Assembly: GCF_009914755.1 (NCBI RefSeq)
Contig: NC_060934.1
Source of the DNA: the human T2T-CHM13v2.0 reference genome, Homo sapiens
Direction: 5' to 3' (one strand)
DNA: 64,000 nucleotides
Shown: positions 13,917-25,180 of the stretch, in pieces
How the letters are laid out: each line of letters starts with the position of its first letter
Numbering within the stretch: the first letter of the stretch is position 1
The notes under the pieces: model-generated
Database searches by the model: none
Told to the model about the DNA's origin: nothing
What the model saw: the letters and a program-made list of their open reading frames with translations, nothing else
Program-made: the position numbers and the translations under genes

Positions 13917-14410
13917 TCAGTGGGGTCTTACACAGATGGGAGGCGGCTTAGGAGGAATCCTGGGCTGCGGGCATTCCTTGGCCCAGTGGCCAGATTTCTG
14001 GCACATGTAGCAAGCTCCTGTGGGAGGAGGTTCTGGAGGAACGCCTGGCCGCTGCGGTTCAGGCGTTTGGAAGTTCTTGTGTGCTGGAGATGTGGCTGGG
14101 GTTTGTCTCACAGTGGAGGCAAGGAATTGCAACTTTTTTCTGTTATTGTACACCTTGAAGGTGAGGTTAATTAAGTCCTGTTGTGGGGTTTGAGGGCCAG
14201 ATTCCAATTTTTGGAGTTTTATTTAATGTCAGGAGCAGATTGAGTAATAAAATGTATAGTGAGAATAAGACGGCCTTTTGACCTTTTAGGGTCTAGGGCT
14301 GTAAAGCATCTCAGGGTTGCTGCCAAACGAGCCATGAACTGGGCTGGATTTTTATATTTGATGAAAAAGAGCCTAAACGCTTCTGACATGGGATAAAGAA
14401 AAAGGAGCAT
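13917..14410 (-). pseudogene. gag: HERV-H gag C-terminal remnant with nucleocapsid zinc knuckle
   Basis: CYMCQKSGHWAKEC (CX2CX4HX4C) in ORF 13917-14207. HFITQSAPDIK in the upstream fragment. Confidence 0.9.
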
Positions 14411-15112
14411 TAACCTTGACTATGCCTTTGGCTCCAGCCACCTTTTTAAGAGTAAATTGCTGGGCAGGTTGGGGAGGGCTAGTCACGGAACGAAACTGTA
14501 AGCCAGAGCAGGTGTGAGGAGGGGAGGTGATAAAAAGATTATAGGGTGGAGGAGCAGAGGCTGAGGAAGAATTGGGACCTAGCTCGGCCTGGCGAGGAGC
14601 AGCCTGGGGAGGAAGGGAGAGGTCAGATGGGTGTGTAGAAAAGGAAGATTAGAAAGACTCATCGACGCTTGGGGTTGGTACTGAGGGGACAGGCGGGAGG
14701 GAAAGAAGGAAGATTTGGGACGAGTTGCACTGGGCACAGAGACTAGGAAGGGACTGATGTGTAAAAGAATGCCTGGACGTCAGGCACCTCAGACCGTTTG
14801 CCTATTTTATGACAAGAATTATTTAGATCTTGCAGGATGGAAAAATTCAAAGTGCCATTTTCTGGCTATTTGGAACTACTGTCGAGTTTGTATTGGGGTC
14901 AAGCGGCATTGCAGAAGAAAATAAGGCATTTAGGCTTTAGGTCAGGTGTGAGTTGAAGAGGTTTTAAGTTTTTGAGAACACAGGCCAAGGGAGTAGAAGG
15001 AGGAATGGAGGGTAGAAGGTTGCCTATAATGAAGGAAGCAAGCCTAGAGAAAAGAGAGAGTAGAGAAACAGAGGGAAGGGGTTCGGGGGTTCTTTCCTTC
15101 CAGAAAAGTGGG

Positions 15113-15410
15113 AAAAGGGGTTGGGGTGCAGAGATAAGAGGTTGGGGTGCAAAAATAAGGGATGGGGTGCAGAAATAAGGGGTAGGGGCATGGAAATAAG
15201 GGGTCGGGGCACTGAAATAAGGGATTGGGGCACAGAGATACGAGGTTGGGGTACTTGCCCTCCTCTAGAAAAGCGGGACTTGCCGCTAAGAGTGAAGGAG
15301 AAGGGGTTGAGGGGTACTTGCCCCTGCCCCAGGAAAGCAGAGAAGGGGTAGAGACAAGGAGAGAAGGGGTTGGGGTACTTGCCCCTTCCCCAGAAAAGCG
15401 GGACTTGCTG
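15113..15410. repeat. G-rich ~21-bp tandem repeats and longer GGGGTACTTGCCC repeats in the HERV-H leader
   Basis: About six units like GGGGTGCAGAAATAAGGGGTA at 15123-15250. Three copies of GGGGTACTTGCCC near 15248, 15311 and 15372. Confidence 0.85.
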
Positions 15411-15693
15411 CTAAGGGTGAAGGACCAAGGCTGGCATCCCTGCGTGGTCTGACACCTTTGAAACGTGGGTGAATAATCAGAGAGGTGTCCCTCCAATGAT
15501 TAAACACCAAGGGAAGGCTGCCTTCCCAGCCCGTGACCGGCACTGGAGTTTTGGGTGCACAGATAAAACGTGTCTCCTTTGTCTCTCCCAGAAAATGAAA
15601 GGAATTGAAATTAAGAGAAGGGAGAGATTGACGAGTGGAAAGAAGAAAGTGGTTGAGGGACAGTGAGAGAGGTTGGAGAAGAGAGAAGAGGCC

Positions 15694-15702
15694 GCTTACC
15701 TG
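15694..15702 (-). promoter_or_regulatory. HERV-H major splice donor
   Basis: Minus strand reads CAG|GTAAGC about 150 nt downstream of the 5' LTR. Confidence 0.7.
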
Positions 15703-15825
15703 ATTTAAAATTGGTGAGATATTCCTTGGGCTGGTCGATCTGAGGACCTGAGGTCATAGGTGGATCTTTCTCACAGAGCAAAGAACAGGAGGACAGGGGA
15801 TTGATCTCCCAAGGGAGGTCCCCTG

Positions 15826-15843
15826 ATCCGAGTCACGGCACCA
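15826..15843 (-). promoter_or_regulatory. Primer binding site for tRNA-His
   Basis: Reverse complement is TGGTGCCGTGACTCGGAT (18 nt), 2 nt from the 5' LTR end. Confidence 0.95.
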
Positions 15844-15845
15844 AA

Positions 15846-16299
15846 TTTCATGCGTGTCCATGTGAAGAGACCACCAAACAGGCTTTGTGTGAGCAACATG
15901 GCTGTTTATTTCACCTGGGTGCAGGCAGGCTGAGTCCGAAAAGAGTCAGTGAAGGGAGATAAGGGTGGGGCCGTTTTATAGGATTTGGGTAGGTAAAGGA
16001 AAATTACAGTCAAAGGGGGTTTGTTCTCTGGTGGGCCGGAGTGGGGGGTGGCAAGGTGCTCAGTGGGGGTGCTTTTTGAGCCAGGATGAGCCAGGAAAAG
16101 GACTTTCACAAGGTAATGTCATCAGTTAAGGCAAGGACCGGCCATTTACACTTCTTTTGTGGTGGAATGTCATCAGTTAAGGTGGGGCAGGGCATATTCA
16201 CTTCTTTTGTGATTCTTCAGTTACTTCAGGCCATCTGGGCATATCCAGATGCAAGTCACAGGGGATGCGATGGCTTGGCTTGGGCTCAGAGGCCTGACA
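15846..16299 (-). promoter_or_regulatory. HERV-H 5' LTR (LTR7) promoter
   Basis: TATAAAA (rc 15974-15980), adjacent GGCCCCACCC GC/GT box (rc 15963-15972), two ACAAAAGAAG copies (rc 16151-16160 and 16201-16210), AATAAA (rc 15905-15910). Confidence 0.93.
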
Positions 16300-18212
16300 A
16301 TGACTTGAACCCCTTTAAAGAATTTAGGACAAAGTCACCACTCACCCCCTTTTGGGGTGTTTTGTTTTCTTTGTGGAGTTTCAAGAGTCATGGGCAAATT
16401 CTTTTTAGGTCTAAAGCTCTGTTTTCCTATATTGCATGATCTGACCTCTTTGGCTTTTGGAGTGCCAGAGATGACTTTTCACTGTGAGAGAATTTGACCT
16501 TGGCATGTATAATGGTGGATGAGAATTAGGATGAGAACAGGAAGTGGTCTTGGCTGTTTTGTTTTTCTTTTCTCTTTTAGGAAGTTGTTGTTTATGGATT
16601 CTAATTCTAGTTCAGAGATGCATTCTAAAGGGCCTTCTCTATTGCTTTTTCTTCCAAAATTAATCTTAATTTGATTTGTCTGTGAGCATTTGCATGAGGA
16701 ACTCAACTGTTGTTTTCATGGGTTAATGAGAGACTGAGTTTTCCCAGTGCTAAAGAAAAAGGGCATTTGCTCCTTCCAGCCAAAAGGTACCCCTGGGTGA
16801 CCAGGGGTCTTGTGGGAAAGTCTGGGGTGTTGATCCCCTACTACATGCTGTGATCCTGCAGGAAAATCCCCAACAAAAATTGATTTTAGAAAGTGAATCA
16901 TCCAGGAAACGCATATAAGTTCTGATCATCTGGCATTTTGAGTCCTCTCAGAGGTCATGGACGTATGGAGAGAGAAACTGAGACATGTAAGAAGGTGTAA
17001 ATGACTCAGTGGTGACACACTGTGGAGCCTTGCCCACAAGAAGCACATATCAATCCACCACATGAAAACCATAGGCCATAGCTCAGTTCCTCCTTTTAAG
17101 GGGAAAAAAAAAAAAAAAAAAAAAAGAAAGAAAAAGAGCAGGAAACAAATAATCAAATAATGAGGAGAAAACAAGGGGAATGACCCCCTTTTGATCACTC
17201 TGTAGGTTTTATGGCACCTCTACTTGCCAGAGAAAAATGGAAGTAATATGCTCTTTGTGCACATTTACATTAGGGAAAAAGAGCCTTAAGGTTGACCCAC
17301 ACATTAAGAGTTCCTAGGTTTCCCTTTTCTCTCTTTTCTTTTCTGCCTGCTTTAAATCTGCTGTTACTTTTCTACTGAAATAAAAACCACTGTTTGGACT
17401 TAACAGTTTTTTTTTTTTTTTTTGCAAGCTGACAAATTTGCATTTATCTGATGACTAAAGTACTGAAGTAAAAACAATAGAATCTTTGTGTGTATGTGTG
17501 TATGTATATGTGTACGTGTATATATTTGAAGGCCTTTATAAAAGACTTCTATAATTGTATGTTCAATTGGCAATTAAATTTGTTTTAATTTCCCGCTAGC
17601 CCACCAGACTTTCTACCTTATGATGCAAATTTTGCTATCTTATTTTTCACCCAGTTGTTTCCTTTAATATGCAAATTTAAGGCTATTAAGCTGACAACTG
17701 CCTAGGGTAAGATTTTTAAAAAAGGGAAAAAAAGAGGTCTTTGTGAATCTGTAAGACGCGCTTCTATCAGCATGCCTAATGCATCGGTATATTTATGTGT
17801 TGTGTACACAATGTTTCACTACTAAAATTATATAAAAGAGCTCTAATTAATTGGCTTAACAAATAATAAAAGTGCTTAAATCAGATACTAAAGAAAAAAG
17901 AGAACTTTTTCAAGTTCACCTGATTTAAGTAAAATCTTTAATAAATAAGCTGACTTTAAATTATTGGTAAAATAATATTAGAAATGTCTTAAGAATTTGC
18001 CAACATACTTTTTTTTTGCATTTATTAATCACCCAATTTCATACTTATCCCTGCCAAACACTGTAAGGTGTCAAAATTTGGCATAGGGATTACAAAACTA
18101 TACACCCAACCCAAAACAGAATGATCTTTGCTTGTGTAATCTTTAATAGATAAGACATTGATATTAGTTTAATAAAACTTGTTACATCTTTAATTTAGTA
18201 AGATTATCATAA

Positions 18213-18504
18213 TTTTTTTTTTTTTTTGAGATGGAGTCTCAGTCACCCAGGCTGAAGTGCAGTGGTGCAATCTTGGCTCACTGCAACCTCTGCCTCCTGG
18301 GTTCAAGTGATTCTTGTGCCTCAGCCACCTGAGTAGCTGGGACTACAGGCACCCACCACCACACCTGGCTAATTTTTGTATTTTTAGTAGAGACAGGGTT
18401 TCACCATGTTGGTCAGGCTGGTTTTGAACTCCTGACCTCAAGTGACCCACCACTTTGGCCTCCCAAAGTGCTGGGATTACAGACATGAGCTACCACTTTC
18501 AGCC
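18213..18504 (-). mobile_element. Alu (AluS-type) inserted in MER4-int
   Basis: Poly-T plus full Alu body. Imperfect TSD GATTATCATAA / GATTACTATAA. Confidence 0.95.
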
Positions 18505-21500
18505 GATTACTATAACTTTTAATCTTGTAGCTTTAGGCAGTCTAGTCCAAAGGCAATAAGGTTTGCTGTCATCTTTGTTACAAAGCTGAACTGTAAACTA
18601 AGTTCCTCCCAAAGTTAGTTCGGCCCGCACCCAGGAATGAACAAGGACAGCTTGGAGGTTAAAAGCAAGATGAAGTCAGCTAGGTCAAATCTTTTTTACT
18701 GTCTCAGTTATAATTTTGTAATGGTGGTTTCATAACTTAAAATAATGACTATCATAGTTTTCACAAATAATCTAGGTAAACAAAAGAAAACTGTGTAAAT
18801 GTAATAGGATAAATACTTGTAGAGAAATTCATCATAATATTTGGGTATTTGCTAATGAAAATATAATTGTAGAAAAACATTCTAAAAAATAAAAAGTTGT
18901 GTCCTTTTAAAAATGGTGAATAATCTTTGTCTAATTCAAAGCTTATTTAAAGATCATGTATAAAACAAGGTAAAAGAAACCAGAAAATAAAAAAAAATGT
19001 AAAGAAAGTCATAAAAATAAACAGTTTTTTTTTTCTTTTCTTTTTTTTTTTTTTTAGTAAGAAAGCTTAAAGATAAATAATTTCATTAAGAAAGAATCTT
19101 GTATAGTAAATTTAGTCCTAGAGTAAAATGACTGGCTGTTTTAGAAGGAGGGATGTTTAGGATAAACCAGAAAGTCCAGGCATGAATAGTCTGTGTAAGT
19201 CCCAACAAAAGGATTTATATATTTTTTTAAAAAACAAACTTTTATACGATCAAGTTGTCACATTACTATTAAGTTTTAGTTTGCTCAGAAAAAAACTAAG
19301 ATTAAAAAATTTTTAAATTAAGATGATTACATCTGAGTATCTCTCTGTATGCACTTCTAAAGTACTTGTGACATTGAGTTACAGGGCTTTGACTCCTGGG
19401 TCTAAAATGATGCCAGGTTCTGCTAAATTTTAAACACCGAAAGCAATTAAAGCCTCATATTCAGGCCTAGTAGAAGATGCCAATCAAAATAAACTGCATT
19501 CCTGAAACACAGGCCAGAAATTAAAGCTATTCAACTCCTCAAGGCCCAGGGACTATCTCAGAAGAGGTGGTTGTGTGAGATTGCAAAGGCCAATTTTGAG
19601 AGATAAAATATATTGTTTCTCCATAAATTACTCATTAATGTCAAAGGCACACTGAGGCAAGACCATCATATAGGACCATGCCAGATTAGCAAGGTTTTCC
19701 TGAAGCATTAGCTGACTTCTAAATAAAGGTTATAAAGGTTATGAAAGGCTAATGGAAGTTTTATCTTATGGTCAAGATTAAAATTTTATAGACTGTTTAT
19801 AAAATTTTGAAAAAAAATGTAGTTGGCTTCATGCTGTTTTTATTAAGGCTTATTGTTTGGAAAATTAAGTCTCCTCTCTCAAAGAATGAAAGTTTTTGCC
19901 TTTAAAAAAAAAATCCTTGAGTTATCACTTTGGTCAACTGAATGACTTATTTTACAATGAACTGTGATATTAAGTATTTTAAACCTTTGATATTTGATAA
20001 CCTTTCCAAAATCAAATTATAAATTATGTCTATTTTGATCTAATTAATCCTTTAAGATATTTGGTTCCCTAAAGTCCAAGAATGACATAATTTGGCTTAT
20101 TTAGCATAAAAATTACACAGGAAACATTGTCAAATATGAAATGGTGTTTGGTTTTCTTTAGGCTATATTTGTATAAATATGTTATTGGTATGTGTTCCAA
20201 AAGTGTGGGACACTCCTATAACTCTGATACAACTTAGTGTACATTATCAGTAATAATTGGGTAACAAATTTCCTTGTCAATTTTATCTATGGCTGCCCTA
20301 AAACGTTCTGTCATCCACAGACAATTCTTGTCTTGTTTCGGTCCTCCTTAGAAGGTGGTTTTATAATCAGCTATAGAACCCTAATACGTGTTCTTAAATG
20401 CAGGTTTCTGGTAACTTTGGAGATTGTGACGTTAGAATAGAGGAAAAAACTTTCAGGACTCTCATGGAGAGCTGAAATGTTCAGGAATATAAAGCAGAAC
20501 AGGAGTTAACTGCATGAACTGAACTGATAGAAGACTAATCCTTTTAAATTTTTGCTTAAGACATTGCTGATCCTTTGTTTTGTTTTTCAGAGTCAGGAAA
20601 ACTTTAAGCAACTTTCAACAGTTGAGTAAAGTATACTTCTATGAATAAAATTTGAGCATATTTGTTTGTCTCTACTGGTTTTCTCAAGAATTTGGAAACT
20701 ATTTGTGAATATTCTTAACTATGACAATACAGTTATTTGCATAAGTGCAATAAGAACCTGTTTTCATCTGTAACAGGACACAATAGGAGAAACTGGTTTT
20801 TACCAAGGCTTTGACTGGAAAGGTGTGCTTTCCTTTAAGGAATCCAGCTTGACTTATAGAGCCAGTAAAAACCATTTGGAAAAACTAGCCTCATGCCTTT
20901 GTCTACAGAGCCTCTGTACAGGGGTCCTGTCCTGTGATAGGTAAAGAATGTCACTTTCTGACAGGCTCAGAAGCCCCAAGTTTATCTTGGAACCTCAAGA
21001 AGAGAAAATTACCCAACTCATAGGTATTCGGTGGCACAAACCCATGGCTTGGGTTGGCTTTAGAAAAGTCTTATCTAACATTCTTCCTGTGGAACACAGT
21101 TCCATCACAGCCAACTTAAAAGCCTATGTAAAAAATACTTTTTCTTGCTGCACTGTATACAAATTATTAGGCCAAGCATAATAAAGCAAATCAGCCCTAC
21201 CATGATTTGTCTTTAGTAAAAATGGGAAACCGGAGAAAGAAAAATTATGTTTCAAAAACTATAGTACACCTGTTGTTAGATTCTAGTCTTCCCTAGTGTT
21301 TTTCAGTTTTTATTATTTTCTACATTTTGAAATGAATTCTAATTTTTCTTGGCTGCAGGTCTTCAAAATAATGTTTTCAATTTTTTAAATTTCTTTTTAA
21401 AATTTTTTCCTAATTTGGAAAAATTGGAGTAACTGAAAACTAAGCTGTGCTTTTGTAAAGCCTTGCAAACTGAAGCTAGCAACTTAAACTTCAGAAGAAA

Positions 21501-21805
21501 ATAACAGCAACCTATTTACATACATAAGCCACTTTTATACTTGCCTACTAATATATGGAATTCAGGGTAATGTGGACTATATCTATTTTCCACGATTGTT
21601 CTTTTGTTTGTTGTTGTTTTTCTCCCTTCCTCCCCCTATTTTCTTTTTGTAGGACATGAGACTTAACAGCCTTCTAAAAGTGAGATTTCCTAATAACTGA
21701 GGACCTACTCCTAGCCATGAGAGATCAGACAAAACCTGGGACCAGAGACTTATTTTCTTCTAAAATGCTTTCTCTGAAAGATTTTTAAAAGGAAAAAGGG
21801 GGAAA

Positions 21806-22267
21806 TGTGAAAGGAAAATATCTTTGGCCCCTAAAATCCCTAAAATAAAAGGAAAATTCAAGGTGCTTAGGGCAAACTTGCCTCCCATTCTATTCAAAGT
21901 CATCCCTTTGCCTACTGAGATGAATACAAATCTGATTGCCTCATTTGGAAAGGCTAATCAGAAACTCAGAAGAATGCAACCATTTGTCTCTCACCTACCT
22001 GTGACCTGGAAGACCCCTCCATGCTTTGAGTTGTCCCACTTTTGTTTTGAGTTGCCTTGCCTTTTTGGAATGAACCAATGTTTGTTTTACATATGTTGAT
22101 TGATGCCTCATGTCTCCCTAAAACATATAAAACCAAGCTGTGCTCTGACCACCTTGGGCACATGTCCTCAGGACCTCCTGAGGCAGTACAAGGGCACACA
22201 TCCTCAACCATGGCAAATGAAACTTTCTAAATTAACTGAGACTTGTCTTCAATTTTCAGGGTTCCCA
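21806..22267 (+). repeat. 3' LTR (MER4A1-like)
   Basis: Direct repeat of 9296-9754. Both copies share the internal TTTGAGTTGTCCCACTTTTGTTTTGAGTTG duplication. Confidence 0.9.
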
Positions 22268-23973
22268 GCTGGTTCTTACATTGTCACTAATTTTTAGTAT
22301 GGTCTTCTTTTAGCACATTCATATTTAGAAAACCAAGGGGAACCTATACATTTTTTTCTATCATTCAGATTTCTTTAATTATCTGTTTTGAAAAAATATT
22401 GGCTTCCCACCAATATTTTGCTGCATCGGCTTGAATTTCTCGTAATATTATTTCTTTTTTCTTGCCAACACAATGAAAGAATATAAGCCCTTTTTATTAA
22501 GAAGGCAGATTTGAATAAAGTTGTAACACGCATTGAAAATAATTCTTTAAAATTCCTTTTTAATTTAATGAGGCACCTTTTCAACCTTTAGCCATCACCT
22601 AGGCTATTTTTGAATCCACGCAAAAAGCAGGCAGATGTCAGAAAATAAAATGGCAATCCACATTCGAAGGTTAATCTTTAGAATACATTTTGAAAGCAAA
22701 TAAGTCTTCTAAAATCCAAACTTGAATTTTTCTGAGCTCTTTTTGTAACAACAGAGCACCTTCATTTCCCTTTAACCTAGTCTTAAGAGCACCCCTCTCT
22801 CCCAGCTGGGTATACAGTGTTGACTCCCACTGAGATTCCTGCTGAGTTATTTCTCTTATGGGATCTGACCTGCTGCCAGAGCTAGTCAACATCTCATCAC
22901 TTATTTGGGTCTTCTCTCTTTTATATCAGCTCTGCCCCTGGGGTTCTGTTAGCTTAACTGCTCTAGATCCTCTGAAAGAGCTGAGGGAGAAGGCAGCCCC
23001 CAGTTGATATCTATTCCCTTATCAATATCAGCAAGCTCCTCTTCCCTGAAAATATCTCTTTACCGCTAGTGTTTTCTAAAATAGGTCTCAATGTTAATAG
23101 TTTTATTTAGAGAAAAAAATGCTTTCTGGTCATAAAAATTTGGGAACTGCTGCTTAAAATTAACTTGGTTTCTTTATTGCAGAACAGCTCCAAGCTTTTA
23201 ATATGCTAATGTGCATTGTGACTCTCTTAGAGGATGATGTAGTATACAACCCAACTCATTTTAGTGCAAAGCATTATTATTATTATTTTTTCTAGGAGTA
23301 TGTTTTGGGACTAATGTTTTTATGGAACTATGACTTGTTAAAACTCATTTTACTTTTTCTATTTTTTTTTTTTGCTCAGTATTTTCCAAACTTCAGCCAT
23401 TCAAATATCAAAGTAGTAATTCTTGCCAACAATTTTCTTTAAATCAACTCATTTTTTTTGCTAAAGTAAATATATTTGGAAAGAAAACCACAGTGAATGG
23501 AAAATTGGAATTACCTGCTGTAAATGGAAAGTAACTATGAAAATAAGTAAAATAAAGCAATGCTATTTAAAAGACAAATTGAAAAAATAAACAAAAATCA
23601 AGTAGTGGAATGCAGGAATAATATATTTAGTTGATTTATAGAAATACCTGTCTTTAAGAATGATAAAAGCAATCTGTTCACTGTTGCTTATTTTGGATGA
23701 TTATGAGGATTTATCAGTTTGAGTATTCTGTTTTTTTGGTTGATACAGAATCTTGATTCCTCTGTGTACATAGCCAAACTGACCAAAAGTTATTGAAACA
23801 TTTTCTGAGAAAGTAGTGTATACTAAGAATTGGTTTCTTTTTGAATTTTTTTCTTTTAGCCAGTCATTTGGTTCCTTACCATATTGTTTTTTCCTGTTTA
23901 ATAAAAATTTTCAAACACAGCATTGTAGAAAGATACAGGAAAATACACTTTACCATCTTCCATAGTCAATAAA

Positions 23974-24470
23974 TGTAGTAGTCAGTGTACTCAAGAGAAA
24001 CAGAAACAATAGGGCATATATAGATATGTAAGAGAAAATCCATTATGGGTATTTGCTTATGTGACTATGGAGGCTAAAAATCCCCATAATATGCCATCTG
24101 CAAACTGGAGAACCAGGAATGCTGGCGATGTAATTCAGTCTCAGTGCAAAGGCCCAAGAACCACACGGGTGGAGGTGGAGGGTGGTGCTGGTGTTAAGTG
24201 CCAGTGCCCAAAGGCCTGAGAACCAATGTCCAAGGGCAGAAGAAGATGGATGTCCCAGCTCAAAAAAAGAGGGAGCAAATTTGCCCTTTCCTGGAGTATT
24301 GGATGATGTGCACTGTCTTTGGTGAAAGCGGATCTTCTTTACTCAGTCTGCTGATTTAAATGTTAATCTCTTCCAGAAACACCCCCATGGACACACCAGA
24401 AATAATGCTTTACCAACTATCTGGGCGTCCCTTAGCCCAGTCAAATTGACCCATAAAATTAGCCATCACA
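23974..24470 (-). mobile_element. MLT2 (ERVL) solo LTR
   Basis: Ends CAGTCAAATTGACCCATAAAATTAGCCATCACA (rc of the MLT2 5' end). TSD ATAAA/ACAAA. Confidence 0.8.
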
Positions 24471-24968
24471 ACAAATATTAACTTTTAAAAATAGATGCTT
24501 CATTTCTCAGCTGAATTATTTTTATTTCAATTTGTATTGGCATATACATTATTGCTGAACTATTTTAAAGTAAATTAATAAAATGATGTCATGACATTCC
24601 TAAATTTTTCTACATGTAGCCTCAAAAATGGTATTTTTCTGCATAGTCACAATATCATATCCATATCTATCAAACAGTAATTTTTAACATTATCTAATAT
24701 TTAGCTCATATAAAAAACTTTTGTTCAACCAAAATTTTGTTACAAGAAGCTATTGAATGACTTCTAGATGAACTTATTTTAAGAATGTCATGTTATTTGG
24801 TACTGTCCAGAAGTGATGAAAGTAGTATTCCTTATCTATTCTCTACTGCCATTTAATTTGGAGAAACACTGATGAAGGCTTTCTATAAATATTTCCATTT
24901 ATACTTTACAACATTAAAAATATTTTCAATGAGCTTTTCAGATGAGTTGATAAATGAAACATTCCATC

Positions 24969-25180
24969 TGTGATGGTTAATTTTTAGATGTCAACTTGAC
25001 TGGATTAAGGGGTACCCAGAGATGATAAAGCATTGTTTCTGGGTATATCTGTGAGGGTATTTCTGGAAGAGGTTGACATTTGAAGATCTGCCCTCATCCA
25101 ATGTGACTGGGCAACATCCATACTGCTGAGGGCCCAGATAGAACTAAAAAGAAGGAAAATTGGGTTTGACAGCTTCTGAA
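24969..25180 (+). mobile_element. MLT2 LTR 5' fragment
   Basis: Starts TGTGATGGTTAATTTTTAGATGTCAACTTGACTGGATTAAGGGGTACCCAGA. Confidence 0.75.

Larger units (their letters stand above)
10522..16299 (-). mobile_element. HERV-H provirus, common ~5.8-kb deleted form, with two LTR7
   Basis: Two 454-bp LTRs starting TGTCAGGCCTCTGAGCCCAAG on the minus strand. 5-bp TSD ATGAC at 10517-10521 and 16300-16304. tRNA-His PBS and gag/pro/pol remnants present. Confidence 0.97.
9296..22267 (+). mobile_element. MER4-group ERV1 provirus (MER4A1-like LTRs plus non-coding MER4-int), interrupted by HERV-H and an Alu
   Basis: Two direct ~460-bp LTRs with TG...CA ends. 4-bp TSD GCTG at 9292-9295 and 22268-22271. 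Polypurine tract at 21787-21805. PBS-like TGGTAACCATGGAGGGAT after the 5' LTR. Confidence 0.9.

Noticed and set aside
15024-15496. Overlapping Pro/Gly-rich ORFs and a spaced-repeat look
   Set aside because: Products of the HERV-H leader tandem repeats. The units are contiguous, with no unique spacers and no cas genes, so this is not CRISPR.
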